From an uncultured Candidatus Saccharibacteria bacterium (GTDB lineage Bacteria; Patescibacteriota; Minisyncoccia; Phycocordibacterales; CAIZLB01): a stretch of DNA of 64,000 nucleotides. Under the pieces are notes generated by a model. It searched no databases, was not told where the DNA came from, and saw only the letters and a list, made by a program, of their open reading frames with translations. Within the stretch, counting starts at the first letter, position 1; each line of letters begins with the position of its first letter. The stretch spans positions 4,416-68,415 of the forward strand of contig CAZVIP010000002.1 in the NCBI GenBank assembly GCA_964627085.1, in the 5' to 3' direction. Positions 58,931-64,000 of the stretch are shown here, piece by piece. The position numbers were made by a program, and so were the translations under genes.

Positions 58931-59029
58931 TGCTGCTCCGGGTGTTGGATTATGTTAGAACCATATTACAACATATCCACTGAAATATTTAATATTGATT
59001 ACAGAATGAAGGGTGATAAAATTTTACTA

Positions 59030-60013
59030 ATGACAAAAGCAATACCAAAAAATAATATTGTTATTTACCAAGCAAAATCCGGTGCAATTGAGCTTAAGGG
59101 AGATTTTAAACATGAGACCGTATGGGCTACACAAGCACAGATTGCTGAGGCTTTTGATGTAAATGTTCGTACAATTAACGAGCACATTACAAATATTTAT
59201 AAAATAAACGAGCTTAACAAAGACTCAACTATCCGGAATTTCCGGATAGTTCAAAAAGAAGGCAAAAGAGAGGTAGAACGAGAGATTGGTCATTATAACC
59301 TAGACATGATTCTCTCTGTTGGATATCGAGTCAATTCAAAGAATGCTACAAAATTCCGACAATGGGCAACAAAAACTCTCAAATCACACATTGTAGACGG
59401 CTATACCATAAACCCGAACCGTATCGAAAAGAACTACGAAGCATTTTTATCTGCTGTTGAAAAAGTTAAACTACTCATTCCACAAGATACCATAGTCACA
59501 ACCAACGACACCCTTGAACTTGTTAAGCTCTTTGCAAACACTTGGTTTTCTCTTGATGCATATGACAAATCTGAATTCACTAAAAAGAACCTAACAAAAA
59601 AGCAGATTAAGATTAGTGGCCAAGAATTAACTTCAGCTATTCAAGAACTAAAGCAAGAGCTACTCGTAAAAGGTGAAGCTACAGACTTATTTGCAAACGA
59701 AAGACAAGCGGACAGTATTGAAGGAATAGTCGGAAATGTATTCCAATCATTTGGAGGTAAAAATGTCTATGAAAATATTGAGGAAAAAGCTGCTCACCTA
59801 CTTTACTTCATCGTAAAGAACCATCCATTTTCTGATGGAAATAAGAGAAGTGGAGCTTTTGCATTTGTGTGGTTCCTAAAGAAAGCGAAGATCCTTGATA
59901 CCAATAAAATAACACCTGAAGCACTAACTGCACTCACCTTGCTTGTTGCAGAAAGTGATCCGAAAGAAAAGGAACAGGTTACTGGGCTTATTGTAATGTT
60001 GTTGGGAAAGTAA
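59030..60013 (+). CDS. RhuM-family protein with C-terminal Fic/Doc-type domain
   Basis: N-terminal IVIYQAKSGAIELKGDFKHETVWATQAQIAEAFDV and HYNLDMILSVGYRVNSKNATKFRQWATK (RhuM signature); C-terminal HPFSDGNKRSGAF (Doc-type Fic motif HxFx(D/N)GNKR). Confidence 0.7.
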   Translation: MTKAIPKNNIVIYQAKSGAIELKGDFKHETVWATQAQIAEAFDVNVRTINEHITNIYKINELNKDSTIRNFRIVQKEGKREVEREIGHYNLDMILSVGYRVNSKNATKFRQWATKTLKSHIVDGYTINPNRIEKNYEAFLSAVEKVKLLIPQDTIVTTNDTLELVKLFANTWFSLDAYDKSEFTKKNLTKKQIKISGQELTSAIQELKQELLVKGEATDLFANERQADSIEGIVGNVFQSFGGKNVYENIEEKAAHLLYFIVKNHPFSDGNKRSGAFAFVWFLKKAKILDTNKITPEALTALTLLVAESDPKEKEQVTGLIVMLLGK

Positions 60014-60020
60014 CATAAGA

Positions 60021-60050
60021 AAAAGCACCGACTCTGGTTGGTGCTTTTTC
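60021..60050. terminator. bidirectional terminator gcaccgac-tctg-gttggtgc followed by a T run
   Basis: 8-bp stem; shares the 23-nt string ttggtgctttttcttatttctat with position 57509. Confidence 0.6.
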
Positions 60051-60192
60051 TTATTTCTATGTTCCGTATCGAGGACGAGTTCAGAACCGCAAATTGGACT
60101 AAGATTAAAAGCGATTTGGAGTTTAGCGGTATTCTTACACTATTTCCTCAGATGTCGCTTCAGAACTAACCGCACTTATTATAATTAAAGCT

Positions 60193-61509
60193 TTATAGAA
60201 AAATAACATCACCGCCAACTTCTTGTTTTAAAGCTTGGATATAGGACTCCTTTGTACCAGCAGGAACAATTTGTTCACTCCTGACCTCAATTTTCAACTC
60301 CTTATCAAGTCCTATCTCGCTATATAGATCGTGGACGAGCTTTCTTGCTTCTAGCTCGTCCTCTTTAATGGCTTCATTTATTGTATTCAATCTTTCCTTA
60401 TCAAAGTTAAATTCACCAATGAACTTTCCCTCGCAAGTAAGCTTTGCTGTGATGGTTCTTATTTCTTTTCTGTCTCCGTGATTTAGATATTTTAGTAAAC
60501 CAGATAAAAATCCAGTGCATCTATCTGCAAATGAGACTTTTTCAATACAGGCAAGAATATCATAACAACCATTACTGGTGTAAATTTCTCCAGCAGGATT
60601 ATGCTCTTGCTTTTTATTTTTAAGGTCTAATTTTAAGACACTGTCTTTCCATTCAAAATTAGATACTTCAATGACTTTTTCGTCGCCTGAGGCACATAAA
60701 GCTTCTACTTCTTTTTTTGTATAACCACTATAATACGCACCTGTTACATTGAAATTGACATTTTCTAAGTATGTAATAAAACCAGCTCTGAGAGACCATA
60801 AAGTTTTCTGAAATTCACTTAGCAGCTTCTCTAGTTCATTTTTGGTTAATATTACTTTCTCTTCTTGCCCAGAATTAATAGGTTGAAGCTCAATCTTGTC
60901 ATCGTCTAGTATCCTCCAACGTTCGTGAGCGATTGAATGTCTAATTCTTGGATCTATGTTCTCAATTAAAGTTTTTATATGGGCACTGGGTAATCCCTCA
61001 GCTTCCTCTATTCTTTGAAGCATTTTATCCGTTCCAACGTTTACAAACTCCTGAGCTGTTTTTTGTGGAACTCCTTTTTTAAGATAAGGAACAACAAAAA
61101 TGTATATTGGTGTTAGAAAATCACGCAGAAAAACCTCGAATAGTACTTTGTATTCTTCGATCATAATCAAAATCTCCTCATCACCATCATCTTCACTTTT
61201 TCTTGAAATAATCCTGTTTACTTTTTGTGGAGCGTTATGTTCTTGGTTTTTGAGAATTAAAGAAAAGACATCACCAATCAAGTCCTTGCTTTCGGCTTTT
61301 GTATATATTTCATCACAAATCGCTTGATAGAGTTTAGCTTTTTGTATGTCACTGGATTGAATGTTGTAGGAAAAAGCCCTACTCGCAAGATCTAACAAGA
61401 CATCATACGAATGAAATTTTATATGAGGAGACAGAAGTGGTTCTATGTAGTCCTTAAACAGAACTCTTTGCATATTTTTTCCAAGCATTGAATACATAAT
61501 ACTATTCAT
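60193..61509 (-). CDS. hypothetical protein (438 aa) with a possible HEPN-like R-x4-H motif (Abi-like?)
   Basis: RIRHSIAHERW segment; convergent with the RhuM/Doc gene; no confident family assignment. Confidence 0.45.
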   Translation of the reverse strand: MNSIMYSMLGKNMQRVLFKDYIEPLLSPHIKFHSYDVLLDLASRAFSYNIQSSDIQKAKLYQAICDEIYTKAESKDLIGDVFSLILKNQEHNAPQKVNRIISRKSEDDGDEEILIMIEEYKVLFEVFLRDFLTPIYIFVVPYLKKGVPQKTAQEFVNVGTDKMLQRIEEAEGLPSAHIKTLIENIDPRIRHSIAHERWRILDDDKIELQPINSGQEEKVILTKNELEKLLSEFQKTLWSLRAGFITYLENVNFNVTGAYYSGYTKKEVEALCASGDEKVIEVSNFEWKDSVLKLDLKNKKQEHNPAGEIYTSNGCYDILACIEKVSFADRCTGFLSGLLKYLNHGDRKEIRTITAKLTCEGKFIGEFNFDKERLNTINEAIKEDELEARKLVHDLYSEIGLDKELKIEVRSEQIVPAGTKESYIQALKQEVGGDVIFL

Positions 61510-61673
61510 TGATATGAAATGTAATCTAAAGTAAAGTATATATATGACCGACGAGTATTGTAAGAAGCAAAGAAACTCTCAAGCTTTTCTTAAGTTCATT
61601 AACTATACTGAGAACCTTAAAAACGATCCTGCATTCATTTCAGAATTAAGGTGGTTTCGTAATAATTATCACG

Positions 61674-61952
61674 TTGGATACGATACAAAGAAACCAACAC
61701 CTGAGAATTACTAAGGACGTCTATGACAAAAAGCATCAAGAGTATCAGGACAAGATGCAGACACTTGAAATTGAATTTTCTGAACATAGAAAAGCTGACT
61801 ACAATTACCAAACAACCCTTGCTACAGTGATTTCTGTAGCTCGCAGAGCAAAGACCATTTTTGAACTACATGCATCAGAACCCGACTGTAAACGGAAAAA
61901 AGCTATATTTTTCAATAGCTTCTCCGTTCAATTTAGTACTAGAACTAGCTAG
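61674..61952 (+). CDS. small hypothetical protein
   Basis: ORF only. Confidence 0.3.
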   Translation: MDTIQRNQHLRITKDVYDKKHQEYQDKMQTLEIEFSEHRKADYNYQTTLATVISVARRAKTIFELHASEPDCKRKKAIFFNSFSVQFSTRTS

Positions 61953-61984
61953 TAGCCCTAACTGGCTCCGAGCGTTGCATGAAG

Positions 61985-62245
61985 CTAGAACCTCTTTTTG
62001 TAACTTCTCCGTATAAAGTAAGTTGTGAGAATTGGTAAAAGGAGTGGAAAGAGGAAAAGCTGTAATCCTGGCAATTGGAGAAATCTTGGAAAATTATCGG
62101 CATGGATCGTGTGGAAACAAAGAATATATTGCAGACTACATACCTTCGTTGTTCCATTGCTGTATTCCACAGGGATAACGGGAAGCAGATTAAAAACAGC
62201 AAATGCTAAAATAAAGAAAAGAAATGTTATCAGGGATTTTTTCAT
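61985..62245 (-). CDS. small secreted/membrane protein (signal-peptide-like N-terminus)
   Basis: ORF only; tightly spaced upstream of the hydrolase gene. Confidence 0.3.
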   Translation of the reverse strand: MKKSLITFLFFILAFAVFNLLPVIPVEYSNGTTKVCSLQYILCFHTIHADNFPRFLQLPGLQLFLFPLLLPILTTYFIRRSYKKRF

Positions 62246-62247
62246 AA

Positions 62248-62814
62248 TTAAAATGTAATCTTCTCAATTTCATCTAACAACAACGGAAACTCTGCGTAAC
62301 CATCCTCGGTAGTTAGATGACCTCCATTTGAAATAACAATTTCTTTACTTCCAAGTTTTGAGAACTTTTCTTTATTTTCTTCATAACATCCAAATGGATC
62401 ATTGTCAGAAATTATCAAAGTTGAATTAGGTAATACAGATTTTACTTTTTCTAGATCAATTGGTGACTCGATCCAAGGCTTTGCAATCTCTGCAGTTTCT
62501 TCATCCTCAAGATTTTCTAGGTTGAACCAACCCGCCACAAACACAGCCCCACCGACAGTTGTGTCTATTGTCTCCAAATATCTCAAGATTGTTTGACACC
62601 CGATACTATGACCAACAAAATACGTGTTACTGTCTGGTGTTCCTACTACCTCTGATAATTTACCTACCCAAGCACCCATAACAGGGGTATCAATGTCTGG
62701 CATCTGAGGAATACAGACTTCAAAGCCTCGCTTTTCAAGCTCTGTCTTAATCCATGGTCTCCAGTCACCATTTGCATCATCCATCCATTGGTGAACAATT
62801 ATGATTCTTTTCAT
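62248..62814 (-). CDS. alpha/beta hydrolase, RBBP9/YdeN-like serine hydrolase
   Basis: IIIVHQW..GDWRPW and nucleophile elbow GHSIGC; 188 aa. Confidence 0.65.
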   Translation of the reverse strand: MKRIIIVHQWMDDANGDWRPWIKTELEKRGFEVCIPQMPDIDTPVMGAWVGKLSEVVGTPDSNTYFVGHSIGCQTILRYLETIDTTVGGAVFVAGWFNLENLEDEETAEIAKPWIESPIDLEKVKSVLPNSTLIISDNDPFGCYEENKEKFSKLGSKEIVISNGGHLTTEDGYAEFPLLLDEIEKITF

Positions 62815-63011
62815 GATTAAAGCTTAGCACATAAGCAAAACCTTGTCTGAGTAAAAACTTATATCAAAACCTGTATCTTGCATAGATTCCAGACTTATTT
62901 AAGATAGAAAAACGACTTATATTTATTTGTTAGTTTACACACATTACCAGTATAGATCGCCCCTCCTCCGTCGAAATTCGATCGCTGACTCTGAGTGATC
63001 AGACAAAATAC

Positions 63012-63045
63012 AAAACAGCACCGCTTGCGCTATGTGCTGTTTTGT
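63012..63045. terminator. bidirectional terminator (aaaacagcac..gtgctgtttt)
   Basis: Palindrome with flanking A and T runs. Confidence 0.55.
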
Positions 63046-63422
63046 ATTTTGATGCTCGCTTGGAGGGACGCATTTCGAACTTTCGATTGGGCTGGTTTAT
63101 ATAGTAATTTAAGTTTTCATTTAGAACAGACAGGTAAACTACTCTCACTGACACGTTAGCTCCGTGACAAAGCTGCTTATTTTTTTAATAAAACTTTTTT
63201 GTGTGTAAATCTAATGAAGGTAATAAAAAGGGAAAGGAAGGAAAATATATAATTTGCAAATATAATCTCATGCTTACATTTATTTTATTATGGTTAAATT
63301 ATGCCTAAAATACGAAACTGAATATTGTTATGTGCAAACAACGCTTAAACAGCAATGTTATCAACATTTTTTAATGCACAAATATTGCAATAATATTTGT
63401 AATTGTGCATAATATCATTAAT

Positions 63423-64000
63423 ATGATTAATTCATCTACTATTTTACGTTTAAGTGAGCTCGCGTTGAATGGAGAAAAAAAAGAATTAATTTCTTTTTTG
63501 GAAAACTTAGCAGCTGAAGCAGCTAACAACAATAAAAGGAGTTTATATAATAACTTGAAAGATTTAATTCATGACTATAAACAAGATCCAAGTATAGAGT
63601 ACAGCTCTGCAAATCCAGATAAAGTTATTGAGAACAAATCGATCTGGCTCCCAGATGTAATTTTAGCACGTGTAAATCAGTTTGTTGCCTTGAATTCTAT
63701 AAGTGGCCACCAAAAAACTACGCTATTAAGTCATACAAATAAACTATTATTGTTTGGCCCGCCAGGTACTGGTAAGACAACATTAGGTCTCCACATTGGG
63801 GAAAAACTTGGATTACCTGTGCGCTATGTAAAAATATCAGATGTCATATCTTCTAGGTTTGGAGAGACGCTGAAAAATATATCTCAACTATTCGATAATC
63901 AAATAAGAGAAGTTGTTTTTTTAGATGAGTTCGACGCTTTTGCAAAAAGTAGAAACGATACACAAGATATTGGTGAATTGAAAAGAATTGTTACCTCTAT
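63423..64000 (+). CDS. AAA+ ATPase (classic AAA clade), 5' partial - runs off the window end
   Basis: Walker A LLLFGPPGTGKTTL, Walker B VVFLDEFD; about 100-aa N-terminal domain of unknown function; not in the ORF table because no stop lies within the window. Confidence 0.7.
   Translation, partial: MINSSTILRLSELALNGEKKELISFLENLAAEAANNNKRSLYNNLKDLIHDYKQDPSIEYSSANPDKVIENKSIWLPDVILARVNQFVALNSISGHQKTTLLSHTNKLLLFGPPGTGKTTLGLHIGEKLGLPVRYVKISDVISSRFGETLKNISQLFDNQIREVVFLDEFDAFAKSRNDTQDIGELKRIVTS

Noticed and set aside
57509-60060. Interpreting the shared 23-nt string at 57509 and 60036 as attachment-site direct repeats of a mobile element
   Set aside because: The shared string is the T-tract and 3' flank of two intrinsic terminators. 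The similarity beyond it is loose, and no recombinase is present. More likely it is a recurrent terminator motif, so it is only mentioned within the accessory-cluster finding.
1-64000. CRISPR arrays, IS/transposase genes, integrases, rRNA genes
   Set aside because: I scanned for regularly spaced short repeats, DDE-transposase and tyrosine-recombinase motifs, and rRNA-like conserved blocks. None was seen. The only repeats are the 81-bp pair, the 37-bp tandem, the (GTTTGT)n microsatellite and RGG-coding repeats.

Overview
This window is a 64-kb, gene-dense, mostly low-GC (~35-40%) bacterial chromosomal segment. Its gene content and style suggest a reduced-genome, Patescibacteria/CPR-like organism: a helicase-dead PriA, an N-terminally truncated HolB, many overlapping genes with short or absent SD sites, and large FN3/LamG surface proteins. 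I found no rRNA, CRISPR array or transposase.

The conserved backbone covers four areas:
- **Cell division:** a partial dcw cluster in the order mraZ-rsmH-ftsL-ftsI, interrupted by one opposite-strand gene.
- **Cell shape:** an mreB-mreC-mreD-mrdA (PBP2) block plus a second mreB paralog.
- **Translation and replication:** proS, rseP, frr, holB, priA, def-fmt, hpf, greA and one tRNA-Glu(CUC).
- **Envelope proteins:** several envelope and surface proteins.

The best candidate 'system' is a locus on the minus strand at about 17.9-22.2 kb, described here in transcription order:
- It begins with a cobalamin-riboswitch-like leader carrying the GGUGAAAAUCC / GCCGCAACGGUAA core, followed by an attenuator hairpin.
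- The first gene encodes a secreted DUF4430 protein; DUF4430 is the transcobalamin beta-domain-like fold.
- The second gene encodes an 829-aa surface protein with a DUF4430-like module and prenyltransferase/squalene-cyclase-type QxxxGGW alpha/alpha-toroid repeats, the transcobalamin alpha-domain-like fold.
- The third gene encodes an ECF-S-component-like membrane protein.
- Together these look like a split, transcobalamin-like cell-surface B12-capture module under riboswitch control.

Second, kynurenine-pathway enzymes are present: a 3-hydroxyanthranilate 3,4-dioxygenase-like cupin in a GC-rich island, and a clear KMO-like FAD monooxygenase that heads an operon. That operon also contains a divergent peptide-deformylase paralog that could plausibly act as a formamidase; this is a hypothesis only.

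Other notable items:
- Repeats and noncoding: an 81-bp perfect direct repeat occurring twice, and GC-rich noncoding blocks that may encode structured RNAs.
- Thiol-disulfide pair: a VKOR-DsbA-like gene pair.
- Terminal accessory cluster: a 3'-terminal cluster with a 2H phosphoesterase, a RhuM/Doc-Fic protein, a possible HEPN/Abi-like protein and a truncated AAA+ ATPase.
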